DNA from: Torpedo marmorata
Lineage: Eukaryota
NCBI GenBank assembly: GCA_977017645.1
Contig: OZ360222.1
Coordinates: 68,448,001-68,512,000, forward strand
Direction of reading: 5' to 3'
DNA length: 64,000 nt
Position numbers and translations under genes: made by a program. How positions within the stretch are numbered: position 1 is the first letter of the stretch; each line of letters starts with the position of its first letter. Positions 50,121-61,949 of this stretch are shown piece by piece. Under the pieces are notes generated by a model, which was not told where the DNA came from, did no database searches, and worked only from the letters and a program-made list of their open reading frames with translations.

Positions 50121-50991
50121 TTGGACATCCCGCCTTTATTTTCACAAGCTTCCTTTGTATTGCTTATGGAATTTAGGGTGGGGATAGCTATGTCATACCG
50201 ATTGTGAAGAGTTGGCTGCAACTGAAATGGTGAGTACTGTGTTCAGTTATTCGAGTCAGAGAGTCATCAGCATGGAACCAAGCCTTTCAGTCCATCAGGT
50301 CCACGCCATTCGCCACTCACTCCCTCTAATCCTGCACTAACCCCATTTTCCTTTCCTCACTAATTCATCATTAATTCCTTACAGATTCTACCCTTATCCT
50401 CACACTACTTATGGAGGCCACTCAATCTGCTGACCCACATACTTTTGGGATGTGCGACAGAACCAGAATATCCAAACCATGTCATTCAAAGCAGAACGTG
50501 CTGACTCACACAAAGAGTTGCAGAGTTCATTATTGGTTCTGCCAGCTGCCCCGATTTTGCGGCTTAATCGACAAGTCGGATGGAATGTCTCAACAATTTA
50601 TGATGTCTGGTGTTCGGAGTTTGGATAATTATTCCTGTTCAGCATGTTTTATGTTTGAATTCCAGTTAGGGTACCGCTTTTTTTGCGTGTATGTTCATTG
50701 TGAACCACAGACTCCTGGAGAAAGAAACTCTTTCTACAATTTCATCAGATACACCAGCCCAGTCTTATTATCCAATATCCACGTGCCTTCAGGAAGTATC
50801 ACTGCACAGAAATGCAGGTAGTTTGTAATTCTACACAATTTGCTCACTCCCAACTGAAGAGTCATTCAGTCCAAGTGATTCAGCACAACCTTACTCATAT
50901 TTTTAACGTTACATAACCCTTCAGGAATTCAAAGGTCAGGCACAGTGTCGAGCAGAATTCAAACAACTTTTTTCAACCTGACACAGAAGAA

Positions 50992-51240
50992 AGCAGCATG
51001 GTTAGTGTAGCGGTTAGTCCAATGCTATAACTACAACAGTGATCTGGGTTTGAAACTAGCGCTGTCTCTAAGGAATTTGTACATTGTCCCTGAATCTCCA
51101 TGGTGCTCCGGGTTCCTCCCATTTTCCAAAGACGTTTGGGGTTATTAGGTTAATTGTTCCTAGGGTGTAATTGGGCGGTGTGGGCTCGTCGGACGGGCCT
51201 GTTATCGTGCTCTAATTTTAAAGAAGTAAAAATTTAGAAA
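50992..51240 (+). mobile_element. tRNA-derived SINE, degenerate
   Basis: tRNA-like head GGTTAGTGTAGCGGTTAG, core CTCCGGGTTCCTCCCA. Confidence 0.65.
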
Positions 51241-51559
51241 TTGCCATCTCCTATTGCATTACCATGAACCCACTTTACTTCCACTTACCTTCTTTCTCAT
51301 GGACATCAAACCAGCTTATTGCCTAAGGTGCATTTGACTCACCAACAGCTCGATTGAGACTGCTCAATAGTAATTTTATTTAAAAAAGATTCAATTGCTA
51401 ATATGCAGAGGAAGCATTCATTCCAGGTAAACAAGAACATCTGCAGATGCTGGGGTCTTGTGCAGCAGACAAAAGTGCTGGAGAAACTCAGCAGGTCACG
51501 CAGCATCTGACATTGCTTTAATGATGCCAGTGTAAATCTGAGAAACAGCATTTCATCTT

Positions 51560-53352
51560 ATAGAACCACAGAACCATAAAACATCTTGGCACAGATACAG
51601 GCCCCTTCGGCCCTTCTAGTCTGTGCTGAACCATTTTCTTTGCCTAGTCCCACTGACCTGCACCCAGTCCATAGCCCTCCATACCTCTCCCATCCATGTA
51701 CCTGTCCAAATTCTTCTTAAATGTTAAAATTGAGCCCACATTCACCACTTCAGCTGGCAGCTCATTCCACACTCCCACCACTCTCTGTGTGAAGAAGCTC
51801 CCCCTCATGTTCCCCCTAAACTTTTCCCCTTTCACTCTTAACCCATGTCCTCTAGTTTGTATCTCACCTACCCTCAGTGGAAAAAGCCTATCTACATTTA
51901 CTCTGTCTAGACCCCTCATAATTTTAAATACCTCTACCAAATCTCCTCTCATTCTTCTACGCTCCAGTGAATAAAGTCCTAACCTACTTAACCTTTCCCT
52001 GTAACTCAGTTCCTGAAGTCCGGGCAACATCCTAGTAAATCTTCTCTGCACTCTTTCTATCTTATTGATATCTTTCCTGTAGTTAGGTGACCAAAACTGC
52101 ACACAATACTCCAAATTTGGCCTCACCAATGTCTTATACAACCTTACCATAACATCCCAACTTCCATATTCAATACTTTGATTTATGAAGGCCAATATGC
52201 CAAAAGCACTCTTTACAACCCTATCAACCTGTGACGCCACTCTCAGGGAATTATGTATCTGTATTCCCAGATCCCTCTGTTCTACCGCACTCAGTGCCCT
52301 ACCATTTACCATGTATGTCCTTTCTTGGTTTGTCTTTCCAAAATGCAACACCTCACACTTGTCTGCATTAAATTCCATCTGCCATTTTTCAGCCCATTTT
52401 TCCAGCTGGTCTAGATCCCTCTGCAAGCTTTGAAAACCTTCTTCACTGTCCACAACACCTCCAATCTTAGTATCATCTGCAAACTTGCTGATCCAATTTA
52501 CCACATCATTGATATAGATGACAAACAACAATGGTCCCAGCACTGATCCTTGAGGCACACCTTTAGTCAAAGGCCTCCAGTCTGAGAAGCAATCATCCAC
52601 CACTACTCTCTGGCTTTTCCCATCCAGACATTGTCGAATCCAGTTCACTACTTCACCATGAATACCTAGCGTCTGAGCCTTCCTGACTAACCTCCCATGT
52701 GGGACCTTGGCAAAGGCCTTACTAAAGTCCATGTAGACAACATCCACAGCCTTTCCTTTGTCACCTTTCCTGGTAACCTCCTCGAAAAACATGACCTAAC
52801 ATGCACAAAGCCATGTTGACTATCACTAATCAGTTTCTGGCTATCCAAATAATTGTATATCTGATCTCTTAGAACATTAATTTACCTGCTACTGACGTCA
52901 GGCTCACCGGCCTGTAATTTCAAAGGTTACTTTTGGAGCCTTTTTTAAACAACGGAGCAACGTGAGCCACCCTCCAATCCTCCGGCACACACCCGTGGCG
53001 AAGGACATTTTAAATATTTCTGCCAGAGCCCCTGCAATTTCTGCACTAGCCTCCCACAAGGTCTGAGGGAATATCTTGTCAGGCCCTGGGGATTTATCCA
53101 CCCTTATTTGCTTTAAGATAGCAAGCACTTCCTCCTCTTTAATTTGTATAGGTTCCATGACCTCACTGCTTGTTTTCCTTACTTCCCACGACTCTGTGCC
53201 CTTTTCCTGAGTGAATATTGATGAAAAAAATCATTTAAGACCTCTCCCATCTCTTTTGGCTCCATACAAAGCCGATCACTCTGATCTTCAATGGGACCAA
53301 TTTTGTCCCTTACTCTCCTTTTGCTCTTAATATACCTGTAGAAACCCTTAGG
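51560..53352 (-). mobile_element. CR1 LINE 3' half
   Basis: 382-aa RT ORF 51644-52792 (YMDFSKAF, GVPQGSVLGP, FADDTK). Confidence 0.93.
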
Positions 53353-54876
53353 ATGTAAGGACATAATATTGAATTTAACAATTTTTGTTGACTGCCCTTT
53401 TATTTTAAACTCCACATAGCTGTGGTTATATCCTTCCATTTCAATTTATTTCTTATTTATTCTTTCTTCTGTTTCTATTTGCCAGTTTTTAAACTGATTA
53501 TTACCTTGACACAAGACCCTGCGGATGTTGTAATCTGGAGCACTAAACAAACTGTTGGAAGAACTCAGCAGGTCAGGCCGTATCTGTAGAAGCAGAGAGA
53601 TGCTCGATGTTTTGGCTCGAGATCCAAAATTTTGACCTTCCCTCTGCCTCAACAAATGCTGCCTAACCTATTGAGTTCCTCTGCAGTGAAACAGGAAAGT
53701 CTGAAGATGCTGTAATTGTAGTTCAATACACGAAAGTGCTGGAGAAAATCAGCAGAACTTGCAGCATCTATAGGAAGCAATGGGAAACCAATTTTTTTGG
53801 GGGCCTGAGCCCGTTGTCAAGGTATCAGCAAAAAGCAGGTAGGTTCCTGAATTCCTCTACAGTTTGTTTTATTACCTTGACTATATTGGTCAGGTCCTCA
53901 TCACTGCCGACTGCTCTGCTCTCTCCATCTGCCCGCTTCTCTGCAATTCAAACCCACACATTTTCTCACTTTTCTAGTTCTGAAGAAATATCCTCACTGT
54001 TTCTCTCCCCACAAGCGCTAACCTCACCTAACATGTGATTGCAGCAGTTTCTGGATTTGTTTTGGATTTTCTGTATTCGCAAGTTTTGGTTCACTTGCAA
54101 CCTGGTGTTTAAAACAGTAATCAAGCAGAAACCTATTGAATATCGAATAGATTGAATCACTTGTTTGTGTAAATCAACATAACTGTCAATGTTGGAAATC
54201 AAATAAAAATAGAAAATGCAGAAATACTCACCAGGTCAGATAGCATCTGTGAAAAAAAACCCAGGGTGAACAATGCATGTCAGAGCCAGTCAAGAGAGAT
54301 AAAGTGTATATTTAAGATTGCACAGAAGATAGTGGGAAGGAAATATCAGTGTGAGTGCGACCAGATTAACTGGATTGCTGGGATAGTTAGAGGGTGATGA
54401 ATGCTTATATAGTATGGAACATGCCAATACAAATGGAGAAAGAAAAACGGAGCCAAAATCACAGATGTGTAACCGACAGCAGATGTGGCTGCTTCTGATA
54501 TAAAAAGAAAAATAATTCAATATTGTCCAAGGCTGCAATGTGCCAAGGTGCGTTCTCAAGCCTGCTTTGGGCCTTGTGATAGCAGTGCTGGAAAACACTG
54601 GCAGAGAGGTCAAGTCAGTCAGGAGTATGTGCATTGTGTGTTATAATTCTAGGTTTCTGCTCTCTATTCCTGATCGGCTGACTGTACAGGCACTGGAACT
54701 CCTTTAGTTTCTCACATGTTTTCTCATCTCACGCTACAGCAGTCCACTTTTGGTGATCTGCGTGCACTCTGAAGAGGGTTTATTTCTTGGCTACTTGAAG
54801 ACAAGGGATACCTGCACTTAAAACATGATTGATAACACTTTTGAGGAACTTTATAAATAAGACCTGATGTTGATAC

Positions 54877-55500
54877 AGGTAATGCTGCAGCTATATGAGG
54901 TAATGTTGCAGCTATTGAGGTAATGTTGCAGCCATATAAGACCTTACTTAGACTCCACGGTATATTGTATTTAGTTCTGGTAATCTCTCTACAGGAAGGA
55001 TGTGGATGCTGTAGAGAGGGTGCAGAGGAGATCTACAAGTATGCTGCCTAGATTGGAGAGCATGCCTCATGAGGGGATAGGTTGAGTGAACTTGGTCTTT
55101 GCTCCTTGAAATGACAGAAGATGAGCGGTGACCTGACAGAGGTGTATAAGATGATGAGAGGCATTGATCATGTGGATGGCCGGAGGCTTTTACCAAGAGC
55201 TGATATGGCGAACCCGAGGGGGCATAATTTAAGGTCCTTTGAAGTAAGTACAGGGGGATGTAAGAGATACGTTTATCACACAGAGAGTGGTGGGTGCATG
55301 GAATATGCTGCCAACAGTGGTGATGGATGCAGGTATAATGGGTTCTTTTAAGAGACTATTATACAGGTACATGGAACTGAGAAAAATGGAGGGTTATGCA
55401 GTAGGGAAATTCTAGGCAGTTGTTAGAGTAGGTTATTAGGTTAGCACAACCCTGCGGGCTGAAGGGCCTGTACTGTGCTGTAGATTTCTATGTTCTAAGA
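54877..55500 (+). mobile_element. CR1 3' fragment with triplicated 5' junction
   Basis: EVMLQ..KTL.R, MSGDLTEVYKMMRG; CR1 3' end. Confidence 0.8.
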
Positions 55501-56136
55501 CATTAAACCAACACAACCGATCAACCTGTGCTACAAGCAAGCCAACAGACCCAGAGGTATCCTTCAATACATGGTTTCCAATGTAGCTGCGGTGTGCTGA
55601 AAAAAGAGCAAGTTGCAGAGCAAAGAATCTCCATTTCCAAGGAAGAAAAGTCTGTGGCAGCAATCATACCAAATTCAGTGCATGCTGGTGGATGGCATTC
55701 CCAGCATCGTAAGCTCCTTCAGGCCATCCATCCAACATCGAGGTGCCCCTTCTTACCACATCCCACCCCTGGTCCCAGGAATGAAGTAGTCTTGTAATAT
55801 GCAGTATATCCTTTTCACAGCAACCCCTCCCTTCTCATAGTTCTGCATCAATTCATGTCCTGACACAAACCAGAAACAATAGATTGAGTTGCTCGACAAT
55901 AAGAATAAATGAGTTACAGTGGTAGATAAATTATTCCAGCAGTTTCAATCAATATCTTCCATCGCCATGATTTTTAAAGGCAAGATTGTGTCCTTACAAG
56001 ATTGGATATGTCATTAAAAGGTGCAGATAAAGCAAATGGCTATATTTTCAGATTCATACAAGTACCACAATCCAAAACATTGAATGAGTAAATTTGAAGA
56101 GGTGCTCCTGCGTTATGTGTATTAATAGTTTCAAAA

Positions 56137-56369
56137 TAAAGGTAAAGGTAAAGGTTCCATTATTGTCATGTAATACTACATTTAGAATGTAACATACATG
56201 AAATTCTTTAATTTTTGTCTACCGTAAGGCAGACAGAGGGTTGCTATTTTGTCCAGCGCCCCTCACAGAAACCTACAGCACCTGGTGTTCCTTGGCGGTC
56301 TCCCCTCCAAGTACTGACCAGTCCTGTGCCTGCTTAGCTTCCGAGATCAGACAATCCCAGTTGTATTCA
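56137..56369 (-). mobile_element. 5S rRNA-derived SINE (SINE3-type) with Rex-like tail
   Basis: 56269-56369 minus reads GTCTGATCTCGGAAGCTAAGCAGG...AGTACTTGGAGGGGAGACCGCC...GTGCTGTAGG (5S-like), followed by TCTGCC...GAATTTCATG...ATGACAATAA and (CCTTTA)n. Confidence 0.85.
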
Positions 56370-56646
56370 AATAATGGAGGAGATTAATCAAGAGAAATTT
56401 ACCCTTGTGGTGGTCAAGGATTAGAGTGATGAATTAAAGAAGAAACATAAAATGACTTGCCAAAAAAGGTTTTGAATTTGAAATTATATCCAATTCATCA
56501 TACCACTCACCTTTCCAAAACTGTTCTCTAAGACGTCAGGTACTTTCCTTTTAAAGACACTGCCACTTGCCTCATAATCATGTATATTTCATAATAGAGT
56601 TGTATGTATGATAAAAATAATTAGAAATTATCAAACTTTTATAGAA

Positions 56647-56743
56647 TACACAAAAGTGCTGGAGAAACTCAGCAAGTCATGCAGTACTTTTGTGTATTGA
56701 ACTACAAATCACAGTGTCTGCATACTCTCTTGTTTAACACAAG
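56647..56743 (+). mobile_element. Penelope-derived fold-back mini-insertion
   Basis: ACACAAAAGTGCTG...CAGTACTTTTGTGT inverted arms; 11-bp TSD CTTTTATAGAA. Confidence 0.6.
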
Positions 56744-58394
56744 CTTTTATAGAACACTGGTTGGAGTATCGATCCAGTTCTGGTTACCACAATGTAGGAA
56801 GGATATGATGGCTTCCGAGAGGGAGCAGGAAAGATTTGTTTGAATGAATCCAGGCTGAAGGGATTAATGCTACAGGAGAAGGCTGCAAAAGCATCATCAT
56901 TCTTCTCAAAGTGATGAAGTAAAGGAGGTATGAGAGAAGTGAGAGAGGGGCCCTAGAGTAAGTGATGAGGAAATTATCTGATTGGTGAAAAAAAATCAAG
57001 AACCAGAGGACAAATTTAAAGGTAATTGAAATAGAAATGAGGAAACACTCTTTTTTTCCAAACGAAATTCAGCAAGCACTCAGCATCTGCAATGAATGGG
57101 GGAAACAAGTCCAGTCATGGCTTCCAAAGGGAACTGAAACAGTGTATGAAATAAAAGAAATAGCAAGATGCTGGGAAAGGTTTGTGGATCGAGACTAGTT
57201 GCAGTGATTTGACAGATGAATGGCCTCCCTCTTTCCCATTATCAAAAATGTTGTTCAAGTACTGGTGACGTTTGCAATCTGAATTTTAATTGAATTGACA
57301 GTTGCCCCATTGAGCTCTGAATGCAAGATGCCAGGTGGCCCTTCCATCCAAAAAATGGCATAAAATGCATAATCCATAGAAGAAAACCTAAATCATGGAC
57401 AAAACAAATTACAAATTAGATTTTAAATAGAGTAAAAAAAATAAAGAAGCTTAACTCTTAAAAATAGTGGGTACAATAACACTCTTGGATTTCCAATGCA
57501 AATGCCTCTCCCCTCGTTCCTCCACTGTCTCAGTTAAGGCCATTTGGTACTGTACATTCATTTTGGAATCAGTCATTAATTCCTTCAAGTGAACATTAGC
57601 AAGGGCAAGCCATGGTCTTGACACTGCTCCCCTTCCCCTTCCCCCATTACAAACATTGTCCATTTGTTGCATTGATTTGTATAATCAGACAACACTGAAA
57701 CAGGACTTTTGGACCACAATTCCATGAGGATCATCAAGCACTCATCTATACAACACTTTCCCCTTGTACCCTCTGAGACCAAATCAAGTGTTTACTACTT
57801 CATTGTCCAATTTGACCATGATCAAAGCTTTCGACCTGCTATTCATTCCACATTCAGTACTGCCCTCATCTTTATCGGTAGCACGGCCCATTGCCAGCTT
57901 TGCTTCAGCTAAATTGTTATTGAAATATGCATCCAGCACACTTCAGCAATTGGTAATGTTCTGGGCTCATGACTTACTCACTCACAAAGGCAAGCATAGT
58001 TAACTGAACCTGACTATCTAGCCGTAACAATAGGAAAAAGGGTAGGGTTTCCATTCATAATGAAGCTCCAGCATCAAAGTAAATATTTCTGGAATTCAGA
58101 GGGTTGGAGTGATATTGAGACACGTTTCACCAGGAGGAAGGTTGGTAACCAAAGGGAGGACACTTAAATAATTGGATTAAACCCAAAGTCATAAAGAAAA
58201 GATTTAAAAATATATATCTTGTGTGCTCAGCCTGAAAAGGATTGTGAATGCAAATTCAATAGTAATTTTGGAAAATGAATTGGAGAACTAATAAAGGAAA
58301 TATTTTCTTGGTTTTGGGAAATGAGCAGAATAAACCTCCATACAGAAGGATTCCAACAAGAAAATGTTTCCTTCAGTTGTTCAGAAATATATTA

Positions 58395-59168
58395 CCGTAT
58401 ATGTCGGCGTATAAGACAACTGGTGTATAAGACAACCTCAGAATTTCCACTTAAAATGTAGGTTTTGTCTGTATAAGGCAACCCCAAGTCTGGCGCTTAC
58501 TGTCCATAGTAAAAACACAATGCTGGAGAAACTCAGCAGGTCAAACAGTGTACTTTATATAGCAAAGATAAAGATAAATAACCAACGTTTCGGGCTTGAG
58601 CTCATTCATCAAGGGGCTCAAGCCAGAAACGTTGGTCATGTATCTTTATCTTTGCTATATAAAGTACACTGTTTGACCTGCTGAGTTTCTCCAGCATTGT
58701 GTTTTTACTTCAATCACGGTGTCTGCAGACTTTCGTGTTTTACCTTAGCTTACTGTCCATTCTGCTACATGCTTCTCTAGAATCTGCCAGTGTGTAGTGC
58801 CTCCTCTCATTGCACATTTATTCCTGGGTATACGGTAACTGGTCACTGCCAGATTTATTGTGATTGGCCTGATGAGGCAGAGCTCTTATTTTAAGGTATA
58901 TTAGACAGGTTTATAATACATTTTTATTGTTTGACTATAATATTACTATTAATCCAACTTCCCAAACGTAAGTTTCAGTAGAAAAATATTTAATGGTAGG
59001 ACCGTAGGAGTTATGTGAGTGTTTTATGCTGTTCTCCATCGCCATGGGGGACACTCTAAACCACAGTGTGTTAAGGTTCAGATTTTATACTTGACGTATA
59101 AAATGACCCCTGGTTTTGGGGTGACATTTTTAAGGTTGAAATACCATTTTATCTGCTGACATATATGG
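58395..59168. mobile_element. Degenerate pogo/Passer-type non-autonomous element
   Basis: TA-CCGTATATGTCGGCGTATAAG left end; degenerate matching right end ...GACATATATGG-TA. Confidence 0.6.
58508..58747 (+). mobile_element. Penelope-derived palindromic mini-element
   Basis: ~200-bp near-perfect palindrome homologous to 61950-62030; 13-bp TSD GCTTACTGTCCAT at 58495-58507 and 58748-58760. Confidence 0.85.
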
Positions 59169-59344
59169 TATTTTAGTGTATAATGTAGGAAAACATGTCA
59201 GGTAATATATCAGCACTTCCAACAATGAGCTAATTTTGTCACGTCTTCATTGAAATATCACATTCTGATTGCAACTTAATTTCTCAGTACAGAGGACAAA
59301 GTAAAAATATAGCTGTTTGAAGGGAGGTGAAGCCTTTTACATTA

Positions 59345-59586
59345 AAAAAAAATTAGACATACAGCACAGTAACAGGCCATTTCGGCCCATGAGTCCGTGC
59401 TGCCCAATTACACCCAATTAACCTACACCCCCGTTACGTTTCAAACAGTGGGAGGAAACTGGAGCACCCGTGGAAAACCCACACAGACACGGGGAGAACA
59501 TACAAACTCCTTACAGACAGCGCGGGATTCAAACCCCGGTTCTGATCACTGGCGTTGCGCTAACCGCTACGCCAACCGAGCCGCCC
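59345..59586 (-). mobile_element. tRNA-derived SINE
   Basis: Minus strand GGCGGCTCGGTTGGCGTAGCGGTTAGCG (A-box-like), GGTTTGAATCC (B-box-like), CR1-like tail. Confidence 0.8.
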
Positions 59587-60799
59587 AACAAGGTAGTACC
59601 ATGCAAGGAAGAACATTGCAGCAGGCAGTAGGCTCCATTAAGGCTCCATTCACAACCCCTCACATAATGAACCAGTCAGGCCCTGAGCTCAAGGCAATGG
59701 TGGGAAGCTACTTGAGGCAGGCAAAAAGTGTCTCCAACAAGAATTAATTCAGACATCTCTTCTTGACCTTCAATTTCAATACCTTTCCAAGTCCCCCACT
59801 ATCAACTACTGAGTGGTTACCATTGATCAGAAAATGAATTGAACCATTTTAAAGGCCAGGTCCAATGTTATTGATCACCCAGAAAATCTTCAACTCATGC
59901 TTTCCCACCTTCAAGACAGATCAGGATTCCAGTGGTATATTCTGCCAACAATCAAGAAGCTTGATATGATACAAAACAAAAGTCAACCTGATCAGTAACT
60001 CATCCATTAAATTAAACATCTTTTCCTTTCAATATTGGCAACCATTGCTGCATGGTGTCCCATCAGCTGGTACAATCTCATACCTCACTAAGGCTCATTC
60101 AAACCTGTGAGCTTCACTGCTCAGAAGGTCAAAGGCATCAGATGAAAAGGAGCATTAAACCAAAGTAAGTCAGTGAGGGGAACATTTTGGAAACAGGCCA
60201 TTCAGGCCACTGAGACTACACCCATTTACACTAATCCTACTCTAATCAGATTTATTCTTCTCTCATTCCCAGCAGCTGTTTCTTTCCCCACTCAACTGCC
60301 CTGGATTCTACACCTACAGTATCTACACAAGGGACTATTTACAGTGGCCAATTAACCCCCCCCCCCCCACCCACCAAATACACATTTTCTGAGATGTGCA
60401 AGGAAGGCAGAGCAGATGGGGGAATCCCTCAAAATCACAAGCAGACAGTGCCAGAGATCTGGATTGAACTCAGGTCTATGGCACTGTGAGACAGTGGCTC
60501 TACTAGCTGCACCTTAATGCATCAAGCCAACACATTGCCCACAATGCACCAATGCCATTCATGTTTCCACCTTGAGCAATACACTCATGAAGCACCTAAG
60601 AAACTTCCACAGGACCAGGTTCTCAATGTTTAATGATGGCAGGACCCTAGTCTGTGCTCTTTCCCCACAGAGCCTTGTTGCATCTTCAGACAACAGTACA
60701 TGAGAGACCCAATTTCCATGACTAGTCACATATTGTGCTGATTGCTGTTACCTCAGATCATTTTCCAACTGTTATCCAACAATCTTTGACAGGAAGTGA

Positions 60800-61900
60800 T
60801 CTGTTTATCAATGTTAGACAGCAGCAATACTCGTTTGTTGTTAATGTAAGAAAGCTATCCCAAAGCAGATACAGAAAATAAGATTGCCACAAAACGGAAG
60901 GAGAGAATATGATGTGAGCTGATTAAATATGTTGACAAACTGTAAGATTTATTTAAATCTTAACGGAAGAAAAAGTGGTGGCAACCTGTAAAGAAAGAAA
61001 GGAAATTCTGGAGATTTAAGCCTGGACAGTGGGATTAAACTGGGAGGCAGATGAGTCCAGAGTTGAACGAACACAATGTTCTTGGAGGGATGTACATGGA
61101 TACGCAAACACGAAGAGTCAGTCCCAGGAAAATTTCACTCAAGGACAAGAATTAGATATTTGAGGAGATTTACGAGATTGTAACCAACAAGGACAAACAA
61201 TGAGATGTTAGACGAGATCAAATTTTTGCATTGGGATTTGAAGAATGGAATAAAAAATAAAAATTTGGTCATGAATGTGTTTCAGTAACAGTTTAGCTGA
61301 AGCAAGGCTGGCAATGGGCCATGCTGCTAAGAAAGTTGAGGGCAGCATTGAATGTGGAATTGGATGGAAGGTCAAAAATTTGATCAAGGTCAAATCGGAT
61401 AATGAGAAAGCAAACATCTTGACCCTCTTCAATTCAGCTGTCCCTCAGTGACATCAAGGTCCAGATGTACACTGGGGTATATATTATATCTTATTGCTCT
61501 AGCAACCACCCCACCGCGCCCTCCCCACTGTTGAATTTAAGGCTATATTTAAGCCACTATGGTCTCAGAAGGTACATTAGGAAGGGGTAATATAGATAGA
61601 TATTTGATGGTCAGCGGGAAGGTCTATTTCTGTATCCTGGACTCTGCAATTCCATGGAACAAATTAACAAAGTTTGTGGTGGTAGTGGAGTGAGGAGTGC
61701 GACAGGACTGTGTCTTGGCCTTCCTAATACTTACTTGCGCGTAAGACATATAGACCTAAATTCAACAGTGGAGAAGCCTAGAGCAATGAGATAAAATATA
61801 TAGACCCAGTGTATATCTGGACCTTAAATGAACTCACTGAGGGAGAGCTGAATAGAAGAGGGCTGATTAATCCTTGGGGACATCAGAGATTGAGTGTGAC
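60800..61900 (-). mobile_element. Old L2-like LINE remnant
   Basis: Degenerate; a related piece lies in the opposite orientation at ~57780-57935. Confidence 0.4.
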
Positions 61901-61904
61901 AATA

Positions 61905-61935
<31 letters not shown>

Positions 61936-61949
61936 ATAGAGTATAGAGT

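Noticed and set aside
56269-56369. Functional 5S rRNA gene
   Set aside because: Lacks the first ~20 nt, is diverged, has no T4 terminator, is single copy, and is fused to a retroposon tail.
59520-59586. tRNA gene (also ~26500 and ~51000)
   Set aside because: A/B-box-like motifs only, no cloverleaf; these are SINE heads.
57783-61421. Long-range inverted repeat (57783-57935 vs 61271-61421) as transposon TIRs
   Set aside because: Moderately diverged, no TSD or defined ends; better explained as two old L2-like fragments in opposite orientation.
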